Source: Octopus bimaculoides
Taxonomy: Eukaryota
Length of the DNA: 64,000 bases
Direction of reading: 5' to 3'
NCBI RefSeq assembly: GCF_001194135.2
Contig: NC_068993.1
Span: forward strand, 3,097,428-3,161,427
Positions 25,408 to 37,200 of the stretch are shown here, in pieces; position 1 is the stretch's first letter; every line of letters begins with the position of its first letter. Position numbers and translations under genes: made by a program. The notes below the pieces were generated by a model, which saw only the letters and a program-made list of their open reading frames with translations, did not search any database and was not told the DNA's origin.

Positions 25408-26788
25408 TTTATTATTATTATTAGTGGTAGTAGTAGTGGAGGAGGGGAACCAGCAGCAGCAGTGGCAACACCAGCAGAACAATAGACTGGACCAAATTTC
25501 TCAGAATATTCTGTGTTCAAATCTCACCCACATCTACTTTCTCATCCAGTTTTCAACTGAGACAAGGCAGCCATCTTGTCCTGAAAAGATGACCATTTCT
25601 GATTCCATGGAAATTGCTCCATCTCCTATTTTTCTGATAAAATCTCAGTTTCTTTACAATCTTAAGCCACTCATTTCTTTAAAACCATATTTCTTTCTGA
25701 TCACATATTCTATTTGAATACTTTCATTCTTTTATATTTTCTATAAGTTTTCTCAAAGATAAACGAGAAAGAAGAGGAAATAATAGACAAGGAAGTAAGA
25801 AGACAGCAGGAATACCCCCACCTGTATCTCGCCCCTACCTTACAGGTGATGTTCGCTGATATTTCTTACAATTTTAGCCATGATACACACACAAGACTGC
25901 TTCTACAAGAGCATGACTTCTCACAAATGACAACCTTTCCCTGCAAGCATCTTGATTCCTTTTCTCTAGAAACCAATTATTTTTAATGTTTACATTCCAT
26001 TCTCAAATTTCTCATTATTCACAAGCATGGTACTAAATTACAATTTATCTTTCTCTTAAACGCATTGATTAATTCTAAAACCCCTTAAAAAGAAATATAA
26101 AATGCAACAAAGAAAATAAAACTATCATTTCCACAGCATTTTCTCTCAGCATAGTCTACATAGTAACGTCATCATCATCATCAATGTAATTGTCATCATC
26201 ATCATTGTCATTGTCATCATTATTATTATTATTATTATTATTGATTTTCATCAATATAATTTCTTGGGAATTTTTCCCTGTCTTTGGTAGAAATTCCATA
26301 TTTTTTTCCCAACATTATTTATTTTTCTATTGTTCATCATATTTTATTATATTCTTCTTTTTTTTTATTGTTCATTATGTCATTTAATTACCTTTTATTT
26401 AATATTTTCTATTTATATATTTTTGTCATTTAATATTTCTTAAACCCAATTAGCAAAGTTAGAAATAAAATTTAATATGAAAATAAATAAATGAATAAAT
26501 AAAGAAATAATCTTTTAAAAATGTATAAAACAAATTAAAACATTTATTAATTATCAAATCAACAGCTTCATAACTGAACATTAGAATAACATTTTTTTAT
26601 TTATATTTCTCTATGGCACCTTTTGTTTGTTTGTTTTTTTGGTACCATTTTATTCCCTTGTTTCAATCTATGCTTTTGTACACTGAAATCACAAGGAACT
26701 GATCCAATCTTGGAAACTATTAAAATAATGATCTCAGTATTGGTTTCAATTACTTAACAGGGATTTATTTTCTAACATATATACATTG

Positions 26789-26846
<58 letters not shown>

Positions 26847-26954
26847 CATACATGCATATATATATATGTGTATGTATATATAATTATACATATATATGTA
26901 TGTGTATATGCATATCAATACACATATATAAATATTTCTATGTATGTGTGTATG

Positions 26955-26998
<44 letters not shown>

Positions 26999-27919
26999 AT
27001 CACACACACACACACACACACATATATAAGTGAACGTATGTACATACATGCATAGTTGCAAAATTTACATTCATGTAGGCATTTATACACTTCATGTTGT
27101 CTCCAGTGAGTCTTCCATTTTGTATCACTTCCCATTAGAACTTTTGCAAATTGTTTTTCTTCCCAATATTTATTATTTCACAATTCCAGTCCAACTCAGA
27201 TAAATCAAGAATCCTATGGCTTTTCATCTAATTTTTTTCATGAAACCCAGGTAAATGGAGACAAGTAGATGATTATGATGACGTGACTAAGGTTCTGCTG
27301 TAATACATATAGTCAGGCGAAATGCTGCAAAGAAGAAATGTGACACACACACACACATTATACAGAAATATGTGTCTGTTTATAAATCTGTCTATCTCTC
27401 TTGCCTTCTCACCCTTATTTTCTCACTGTCCAGCATCCTTGATTTTAAAATATATCCAATGCATAAAGATTGCTTGAAGATACATGGTGTATTTTATAAA
27501 CATGCCAATTTAAAGTATCATAAAGGTATGAAACTATTAGTAGCTCCTTTAGTTGTGTTTTATATTCACATTTATCTCTCTCACTGCATCAAGTACTTTT
27601 TTGTTGATTCAATATACACATATTGAATCTATATATACTCAATACTCATGAGGTATTGGTTGACACAAGACTATCACAAAAGACAAAGTGAGGCACTGCA
27701 CAGTGAGATCAAATCCTAGATTTCCTTGCTACATTATATCTCTTCTGCCATGTGGGTATCCATGTATCGGTGACTCTTATCAAATAAATATTTTGCGTTT
27801 TCCTTATTTCTGTTTCTGCGTTTAGCACTATCAACAACTGACCTTAAATATATTGAGAAATATACATACGTATGTTTGTGTGTATATGTGTATATATATA
27901 TACATATATATATATTTAC

Positions 27920-27985
<66 letters not shown>

Positions 27986-28046
27986 CACATATATATGTAT
28001 TTATGTAAGTATATATATGTATCTATCTATCTATCTATCTATATAC

Positions 28047-29930
28047 CAGGGGCGTGCACTCTCAGGCATGCAAGGTACGCGCAGCATGCTCTATAATTTC
28101 TTATCCATATCATCGGAAAATTAGATAAATTTTTTTTTTTCAAAGAAACTCCGTCCAGGTGTTTTGGAAATATTCTGCCTTCCCTTCCCCCTCTCTCTCA
28201 CTGACTCATTCGTCTGATTTGAGAAGACCATATGACACTCCCTCCCCTCTCTCTCTCTTTATTTGTCTACAATTGTTGCCAACCTCGTTCCACTTTCTGA
28301 CCCCGAACCGAAGCAATCCCATAATTCTTCAGTTAGCCAGCCAAAATGGTGGAGTAACCTGGCTGTAGGTTTGAATTTTTTTTTATCCAAAGCATCTGTT
28401 TGCACTATTATATTTTTGGAGTGTTCTGAAAACAAAAAATATCGTCTATATTATATTTCTTATTTCAGAAGTAGCTAATTAATCTTAAATTAATTTGACT
28501 AACGTTATTTTTTCGTTTTGTTGAAATTGACTCAGATGCAACCTTTTTGAACGCATCATTGAAAATCCTGAAGCATGGGATGATACCACCATAAATTCAG
28601 CAATTGGATTCTTACACATTTTAAAAGCTCCTGATTTCTTATTTTTTGTTAGAAGTATTCAGTGACATTTTTTCTTTTACTGACGTCTTATTTAACATCC
28701 CCCGGAGTAAAAGTCATGACATAGTGTATTGTATAGAGCAAATAGATAAAACTAGAACAGTACTCGAAAACAAACTTGATAATTTTTAAATCTTTTATGA
28801 TATGTTAGGGGAAAAATATGGAGTCGATGCAGGAATCTGAATTCAGAGATCCAAGAATATATCTATTGATCCCCAACGACATTATAGAATGCTTTATAAC
28901 AAAATTATCAGTACAGTAGTTGACCAAATAAAAGTACGATATTCATCCTTAGAAGTGTTTAAATTCATGGAACTTTTGAATTTCAACAAAGTTGATGAGT
29001 ATTGCAAACAATTTCCTGTGGACTCTTTAGATTCTTTAAAAATGACTTATGGCAGATTTTTTGATGTAATATGATTACAAAGTGAGCTCAATGTGATGTA
29101 TTCAATGAAAGATATAAAAATGCGAAGTGTAAGTCATTTAATGAGTTACATTTACAGCAGTGACCATGTTGAAGCTATGCCAGAACTCTTCAATCTGTGC
29201 AAGTTGATTTTGACAATTCCGTCTACCACTGCTTCTGTAGAGCGATCCTTTTCTGCATTAAGTAGAATCAAATCATACCAAAGAAATGCGACAGGAGAAA
29301 GAAGACTATCTGAGTTAGCACTAATGTCAATTGCAAAAGATTTATTACAACAATTGATGAAAAGAGATTTCTAATGAAAATATGATAGATATATTTGCCC
29401 AGAAAAATCGAAGAATTGAATTAATTTAGAAATTAGGTAAATAACATTTTAGAACATTAAAAAAAAAACTTAATTTATCAAAGGGCATATATTGCAGGTT
29501 TTGGTTAGTGTTTGTTATAACGTAAGGTTCGACCTTCTTACATCAGTATTGTTTGGCAGGAGAAATGATTCGACTTCTTCGTCAGACCTAACCTACATAT
29601 GTTTTCCTTTATGTGCTGCTGAGTGTAGTCTATTTACGGCGTAAATAAGTGTCTTGTTTCACTTTCAATAAGTGTCTTGTTTCAATCTCAGAGATGTTGA
29701 CTTCTGCCACAACAGTTTGGGGGTGCTTTTTACAATGTTGAATTTTCGCTGTCTTTCATTGTGTGTGTATTTATGTATATGCGTGTATTTTCAATGTGTG
29801 TGCGTGCGACGTAGTCTTTTAATCTACGGAGTTCAGTAAGTCTCAGAACAATCTGCTTGAGTATCAATAATTTTCCCGGAATTGACAAGTAGCATGATAA
29901 AGCACCTGACTTGTCTTCGAGAGCGTAACT
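28047..29930 (+). mobile_element. Internally deleted hAT DNA transposon; right end not seen
   Basis: A left end CAGGGGCGTGCAC follows a microsatellite at 28047, transposase remnants lie at 28537-29429, and a CpG-retaining 3' flank carries a direct repeat AATAAGTGTCTTGTTTCA x2 (about 29644-29684). The right boundary is approximate. Confidence 0.75.
28537..29429 (+). pseudogene. hAT transposase C-terminal half (ZMYM1-like, hAT dimerisation domain), with frameshifts and stops
   Basis: ...MPELFNLCKLILTIPSTTASVERSFSALSRIKSYQRNATGERRLSELALMSI...(frameshift)MIDIFAQKNRRIELI* is the canonical hAT dimerisation signature. The upstream LFERIIENPEAWDDTTINSAIGFLHIL...LLEVFSDIFSFTDVLFNI is typical of these transposases. 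Confidence 0.9.
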
Positions 29931-30018
29931 ATCTAAAACCATGGCCATATAATGTAACTAAATGTGTTCTCTTTACCAAATCATTTCAAATTGATTCAGC
30001 TGAACCAATAGGTATAGG

Positions 30019-30565
30019 NNNNNNNNNNNNNNNNNNNNNNNNNNNNNNNNNNNNNNNNNNNNNNNNNNNNNNNNNNNNNNNNNNNNNNNNNNNNNNNNNN
30101 NNNNNNNNNNNNNNNNNNNNNNNNNNNNNNNNNNNNNNNNNNNNNNNNNNNNNNNNNNNNNNNNNNNNNNNNNNNNNNNNNNNNNNNNNNNNNNNNNNNN
30201 NNNNNNNNNNNNNNNNNNNNNNNNNNNNNNNNNNNNNNNNNNNNNNNNNNNNNNNNNNNNNNNNNNNNNNNNNNNNNNNNNNNNNNNNNNNNNNNNNNNN
30301 NNNNNNNNNNNNNNNNNNNNNNNNNNNNNNNNNNNNNNNNNNNNNNNNNNNNNNNNNNNNNNNNNNNNNNNNNNNNNNNNNNNNNNNNNNNNNNNNNNNN
30401 NNNNNNNNNNNNNNNNNNNNNNNNNNNNNNNNNNNNNNNNNNNNNNNNNNNNNNNNNNNNNNNNNNNNNNNNNNNNNNNNNNNNNNNNNNNNNNNNNNNN
30501 NNNNNNNNNNNNNNNNNNNNNNNNNNNNNNNNNNNNNNNNNNNNNNNNNNNNNNNNNNNNNNNNN
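30019..30565. other. Assembly gap (N)
   Basis: N run. Confidence 1.
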
Positions 30566-30645
30566 ATAGTATTCAAATACAACGGGCATTTTCCTTGTTT
30601 CTATCAGTCTCTGTCTCTCTTGTTTACTCTTGTGGGTTCGAGATT

Positions 30646-30701
<56 letters not shown>

Positions 30702-31431
30702 TATGTACATGTGTATGTGTATATGTATATATATTGTCATTGTAGTTACATTCTTTCTTCTAATCTGTTAGGTCTTTGTTGTTGATGTAGGTCTTTAAAT
30801 TAATTAGCAATTACTTTAGAACCACCATAGCAATACATTTTCTTTGATGTATTTACTGAAATAAATATGTTTAACCTTTAACTTCATTGAAATTCTAACA
30901 ACAAATTATCAAGAATAAAATCATCTTGGCAATCTGAACATTCCAGAACAACTGTGAGAGTTTGACATCTGCTTTGTTTAAAGTTGCCTTTGCTTCTGCC
31001 TCTCTGTCAAAGTCACTCCATCGAATTGATCAAAAGTTATATCTCTCATCATTGATTGAAATAAATCTCTCTTTCTTGCTGTGGGAAGTCTTCTGCTCAA
31101 TCTCTTGACCTTTCCAACCCCGGCACAAACTTTTGTTTATCTTACTCTACATCAATGGCAATCACCTCCATTCATTCATTGTTGACTTTAATTCTATTGA
31201 TTTCAAGTTTAGCCGCAGTTCCATCATATTCGGTTGCGGAGGAAACAAGCCACATGTAAAGAATATCTGGTGAAATCTGACCCTATCTCACTCACACTGA
31301 AGTAGAATTCAAACACTGCGGTTGCAAAATAACATATTTGTCAATATTATAATGCAGCCCTCCTAGCAGCACTTTATGGTAGTTACTGGAAAATAAAACT
31401 GGTGCACACAGCAGGAGCATCATAAGATTGA

Positions 31432-31560
31432 TTAGTGTTTCATAAATTTATAGCATTCAGTTCAAGAGGTTCGAGGGTGTGAAATTTAGAAGTATAAATT
31501 TAAACAAAAAAATCTTATATGACCCCTAAGGACCATATGGATCCCATTTGAGAAGTACTG
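31432..31560. mobile_element. Decayed hAT-type MITE remnant
   Basis: The right end GACCCCTAAGGACCATATGGATCCCATTTGAGAAGTACTG resembles a CAGTGGTTCTCAA-type inverted terminus. The left end is poorly preserved. Confidence 0.35.
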
Positions 31561-31563
31561 CTC

Positions 31564-31981
31564 TAGCATAAAGAACCATTGAACTCACAGCTATCATCCC
31601 CACAACTGCGATAATGGCATGTTCCCATTTTCCCACACTTTTTCAAGCCTAATTGATTAATTCATATTTTAAATGGAGGAATTAAAATCACAGTCAATGA
31701 ACACAGAGATAAGAAATCAAATCTACAGTTTTAATAATATTGATTTGTTATAAAAAAAAAAATATAGATTATAAAGTAATTTTTTAAATGTAAATATTTT
31801 GTAATATTAAGATGTTTATCTATTCAGGTGTATAATTTTGTATAGAAACATAGTTTTTAAATATTGTATTCAAATTACTAAATAAATATTTGGTCTGAAT
31901 AAGTTTTGTTGATTTAATTCTTGAAGCCAAATATATCCACGAAAATAATCTCATATTTTTCCTCTTTTAATCCAATAATAC
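31564..31981 (+). repeat. 417-bp dispersed direct repeat, copy 1
   Basis: Aligns by eye with 51057-51472, with about 14 substitutions and 2 small indels. Confidence 0.95.
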
Positions 31982-32470
31982 CGTTTTCATAGTTTGACCT
32001 GGAAGAAGCGGTTATATTCTTGGTCCTCTTGAGTCACTGTCAAAGACTAATGAGGTTGATACAGCTGAAGATCTTCCAAAGGTTTTATGTTCTGGCAGAG
32101 AAGGAATGGATTTAGTGGTTGGTGCAGAACTATGCAGGAAGGGTTTAGGCAATAAAGAAGTGTAGCATGGGATCAGCCTGTTCTAAAAAGCAGAGGCCAT
32201 TGCAGTAGCTGTAGAAGGTATTGAAGGAGTAAGCATCCTTGCGAGTCTGAGGTTGATGTGCATTGGTCAACACCTCCATGTCAGTCAGTTGGGTACCACT
32301 TTATCTTTTATTGTTTGGATGTCAATGTTTATTCCAGTAGCCACAGCAGCAGCAAAAGTGTCCCAGATGCTGAAGCAATTTGTATCAGTTTTAACCGTAG
32401 GGGGTCCTCTCAAATTGCAGTTTTTTGATTTACTTTATTAAAGATGTGTTATTTAGTAATAACAAGTAGC

Positions 32471-32670
32471 CATGAAGTAGATATGCCTACATGTAGCCAT
32501 GAAATATCCATGTCTTCATGTAATCAAGGAAAAAGCTATAAAACATGAAGGCATGAAATAACCATATCAACATGTGGTCTTCATGTGATGAAACAGCTAT
32601 GTCTACATGCAAACATGAAACAGTTATAACTTTATGTGATCATGAAGCGATGACATCTCTTACATGTTCC
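32471..32670 (+). repeat. Degenerate 27-bp tandem repeat (7 units) with 9-codon periodicity
   Basis: Units start CATGAA at 32471, 32498, 32552, 32614 and 32641, with variants CAAGGA at 32525 and GATGAA at 32587. There is an 8-nt insertion at 32579-32586. Confidence 0.85.
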
Positions 32671-32924
32671 CATTTAGCAGTTATGCTTAATCATAGAATC
32701 TATGATCTCTTGGATAGTTTCTCCAAGATTATCAGGTTGAATGGTTTTGGATGGTAACCTGATAGTTTTGCTTTGTGTGTTATTGTCCATCTCACTGTTG
32801 TATTGGGTGATGGCTTGGTTCTGTAACATGTAATTATGCAAACCTCTGTGAATTTGGTCATGGGTGTAGATGAAAAGGAATATTTAACAGATAGGAACAT
32901 GTGATGGGGACAATAACGGCAAAG

Positions 32925-33410
32925 ACAACGATGACAGCAATGACAATTATGAAGGTGACAATGACAATGGTGATGATGAAGATAATACGATGACAACAAG
33001 GAAGATGTCAAGTCAAGGAAGATGCCACCGCCAGTCATGCTGTCACTGCTTATGATGATGATGATGATGATGATAAGTTTGACAGCAGCAGCAGTGATAG
33101 TGACAATGGTGGTGATGAAAGGGAGGAAAGGTAGCATCGATAATGATGTTGGTGATGGTATTGTTGCTGCTACTGCTGATGATGATGGTGGAAGGGAGGT
33201 TACGATGAGGACAACGATGGCTGCAACAATGGTACTAACAGTTAGAATGACGACATCAATAGACAAGAGAACAAACATCAAACAGCAACGCCAAACAATG
33301 ATGATATTGATGAACAATAATTACTGTGTTGAGGATGAACAAGGGAGAGCAGAATGGGTTGATAATGATGATGACGGTTGCGGTGGTGGCGGTGGTGATG
33401 ACGACTGTTT
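32925..33410. repeat. Degenerate (GAT/GAC/GGT)n low-complexity tract
   Basis: Mixed triplet runs; the source of the poly-M and poly-I ORFs. Confidence 0.8.
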
Positions 33411-34944
33411 AATAAATTCCCTATTCAATTCCTACTAAAAGACACCACCACTCACAGAGTATAAAACACCTCACCAAATGCTGGCTTTAATCAATGGAAC
33501 CTTCCTGAGACATTGATCAGCCATGTGTTAAATTTGTTCCATTACAGCCCTTGTCAATACAACAATCCTGTCATTAGTCTTTCTTTTCTCTCTTTCTTGA
33601 CGGAGCTCAAAAACAACAGAACTTTTTCCAAACGAGTTCACCGAAAGTCCCATAACTGTCATTTCATCTAAAACACGTTATCATTTTATCCTGATTCCCT
33701 CTATAGACCCTAGGGAACGATCTAAAAGCCTCACCTCCTTCTATAACCTTCGTGGCATGTCATAAACATGATTTGCTGGGTTTTAAATGAAAACAGCATA
33801 ATTCTCTGGAGCCCTTGGAATTACCGAAGCCATAAAGCTTTTGTATTACTTAATACACTACAAGAATGGAATGGTATTGCTGACAATTGTTACATAATGG
33901 ACTTCTCTCCCACATGAAAGTTCCTAATGATAGCAATTTAGAATTCACCTACAACCACTACCATTATTGTAATAGTTCCAATATTAATCAGAAAAAGGGA
34001 TGCAAATTGTTAAAAGGGTGTGTTGAAGGAAAGAGAGAAATACTTTTGTTCTTGCAATGGTTTGCTTGTAATTAATTGATTCATGACCCATCCATTAGCA
34101 GATAATGGCAGAGGGATGGTTCTGGAAGAAAAAAAAAAGAAGAAAAAACAACAAATTTATGAATATGGAACCTGGTTTGCTAAGCAGTTTCCTTCAGACA
34201 GCTACATAGAAAGGAAACTGAGATGAAGGTTGATGTGTGCAGAGTAAGGTAGAAAACTATCCCTTGTAATTAGAGAAGAGATTCAGGGTCTTATATGAGA
34301 GTTTCTTTTTTTCTTATTTTCATATATTTATGATTTGTTTGTAAATTAATATTTTTTCCCCTTTCCTATGAGAAGATAGCAAGAATAAATGTCAAATACC
34401 AAATAAGGAAATTGCTCTATCTAACATAGCTTGACTCACAACTCTTTTCATTTCCACCCCCACCACCACAAAAGACAAATTCACAAACAAACACACATGT
34501 ACAAAAACACTTAATACATACATACACCAAACACACACATGCAACAAACATATATATATATACACTAATTCACAAAGACATACACATTCCCAAACACATG
34601 CAAATATGCACACCACAAACACAAATGCAATGATTGTTCAACATTCGGTCAACCTAATTTAATTGTAGAACAGCAACTGGACGATGTTAGAAAATATCAC
34701 ATATTCTTAATTAAGCTAATTTCATTAGTTTATTCAACTGACATTTCTCATTGGCAACATCTCTGCCTTCATATTTCATGACGAGAGAAATCATGTACAC
34801 CATTTTATTTCATTTTTAAAATTTCTTTTTACTGTGACTCCTTTGACTTTAATCAGAGAAAGGCTTGCAGGGAACAAATACAGGCAGTACCATTTTCAAA
34901 CATGAGCAACACATGATTTTGAACTTCAGTCTTTAGCAACTAAT

Positions 34945-35140
34945 AATCATCGTCATCATCATCATTTTAACATTCACTTTTCAATGCATGCATGGGTTAG
35001 ATGGAGTTTATGGAAGCAGATTTTCTCTGGTTGGATGGCCTTCATGCTGCTGGTCCTCACCTATTTCCAAAGATGGTAATATTTCTCTGTGGCCAGACAT
35101 CCTAATGATAATTAATTACATAGACATGAGGTCAGATGTC
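34945..35140 (-). mobile_element. (GAT)n-tailed retroposon end (family E)
   Basis: CATCATTTTAACATTCACTTTTCAATGCATGCATGGGTTAGATGGAGTTTATGGAAGCAG, homologous to 50370-50605. Confidence 0.65.
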
Positions 35141-35169
35141 TTTGCAGAGGACAGCTTATTAAATATCAC

Positions 35170-35335
35170 TCTCACTACCACCATTTGGCTGGTATATTAT
35201 TTTACCAACCCTAGGAAAATGACAGGTGAATTCAATCTCACCAGGAGTTGAACACACAATGTAAAGAGCCATAGGTATCAGCTTCAGGGTATTTTGTTCA
35301 ATGCCTTGCAGTTCTGCCAACCAACTGCACCCCCA
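35170..35335 (-). mobile_element. SINE family A, diverged
   Basis: GCTGGTATATTATTTTACCAACCCTAGG...GTTCTGCCAACCAACTGC is a reverse-strand match to family A. Confidence 0.55.
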
Positions 35336-35429
35336 CCCTAATAATAATAATGTTTCTAACATAGACACAAATCTAAAAATTTGGAGGGGAGGGAACAATT
35401 GAAAATCTGTAACATGGATATGGAATTTC

Positions 35430-35560
35430 TTTTGCGATCATGTGGTTTTGAGTTCTATTTCATTGTGTGGCACTTTGGGCCTATCTCGTATTATATCCTT
35501 GGCTTGATCAATGTACACTAGTGGATTTGGCATATGGAAACTGCTTGGAAGCTAATGTTT
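35430..35560 (+). mobile_element. SINE family B fragment
   Basis: TGTGGCACTTTGGGC...AGTGGATTTGGCATATGGAAACTG. Confidence 0.55.
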
Positions 35561-36859
35561 ACATTCTGCACTTTGCATGAAAGTGTTGTCCAGCTATAAA
35601 ATGAAACTTCAATGATATGTATTCATCTAACCCATGCTAGCTTGGGAAAATGGATGTAAAAGGAAGAAATGAATGAATATCAGGAAAAAAATTATCAACT
35701 TTTCAAGAGACAGCGACTAATTTACACAATCAACCTCAGAATAAAGCTGGTATTTATTTTATTAGATTCAGAAGAAAAGAAATTCAAAATCAATTTTCGT
35801 ATTAGATACCTTAAACCATATTTAATGTTTAAAATCTCTTTAATGTTCTTAAATATATTTAGTCTTGATGCAATTTAATAACTTCAACTTACAACCCCAA
35901 ATACTTTCAGCAAGTCACTAACAACAGCACTGCAACCATTTCAGGAGACATTTGTCAGCTTTGTCAGGTAGAAATCTTGCCATCACATAAGCTGATTATT
36001 GGAATCTTTCCTCTAATTTCTGTAAATCATATAACCAAATTCCTAGCTGATAAATGAGCTAATTATATCTTGAGACTGGTCATAGAATTGTAGTCCTTAG
36101 CGTGTTAAAATCCATTAAGGGTTATAACCCTAATATTATGATCTTAAAGCAACACCAATACTAAATAAATCCTAACCATTAAATATAGCTTCACATATTG
36201 AATTATACAATAATAATAATGCTTCAGCAGAATAACACTCCATATAATATTGTAACTATTTACTTTCATTGTCTATCACTTGTTGGATATTATATATATC
36301 ATGGCCAGCTTTTCGATTGTGGTTGGAAGCACCTATTTTCCCCAGTCTAATTACAGCATGATGTACAGGGTAACCAGATGGAGTAGTTTTGTTGATCCTA
36401 CCTTAAAGTAACAGTAAACTGTCTATACATAGATAGATAGATAGATAGATAGATTTTTTTTACTGGTAATTGACCAGTAATTTTGTAAAGCTTAAGTCAG
36501 CTAGCTGCAGGAATTTACACCAATCAACTTTGGCTTTGAAATTTGCCCTCTTCAACCATGCACTGTTATTGTTGACTCACACATCTCTCATGGACACACC
36601 CATACTGATTCCCTTGGTGTAAATATCTGTTTTCCTTTGACATCACAATGACAACATTATTGTTTATGATGAATAATTATTTTGTATTTAGACATCTCAG
36701 ATTTCTGTTCATCTATCAACTGACCAAATGTTCTGTTGTTACAATATTCAGAAGGACAGTATCTGTGATGTCTTTTTGGGTTCCTTAAACCGAGAGAAGG
36801 AAGCTATACACAGAGAAAGTCCCAAGCCTCATTTATGTACTTTGGCAACTTGGTGTACT

Positions 36860-37200
36860 TGAGAAGTCAGAAAGCCAAGTGAAATCATTGCTGTTGCTGG
36901 TAGCATGTAAAGGGCACCCATGTTGGTAACTTGCAAAAGCACCTGTGCCAGTGACAAGCAAAAGGCACCCATACCAGTAACACATAAAAGGTACCTGTGC
37001 CAGTAACATGTAAATGGAGCCTGCTACACACTTGGAGTGGTCGGCGTTGGGAGGGGCGTCCGGCTTTTGAAGCCGTGCCAAGTCGGACTGGAGCCTGGTG
37101 CACTTCTCCGGCTTACCGGTTCTAGTCAGGCCATCCAGCCCATGCAACCATGGAGGATGGATGCTAAATAATGATGATGATGATGATGATGATGATGATA
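36860..37200 (+). mobile_element. Family C retroposon, longer copy with internal ~26-bp repeats and a (GAT)n tail
   Basis: Repeats of the TGCCAGTAACATGTAAA-AGGCACCC type at about 36895-37020, then GGAGTGGTCGGCGTTGGGAGGGGCGTCCGGC...GGAGCCTGGTGCAC...CCCATGCAACCATGG...ATGATGATG. Confidence 0.8.

Noticed and set aside
33480-33672. Minus-strand 46-codon candidate EMTVMGLSVNSFGKSSVVFELRQEREKRK...
   Set aside because: Short, with no partner exons or homology; within chance expectation.
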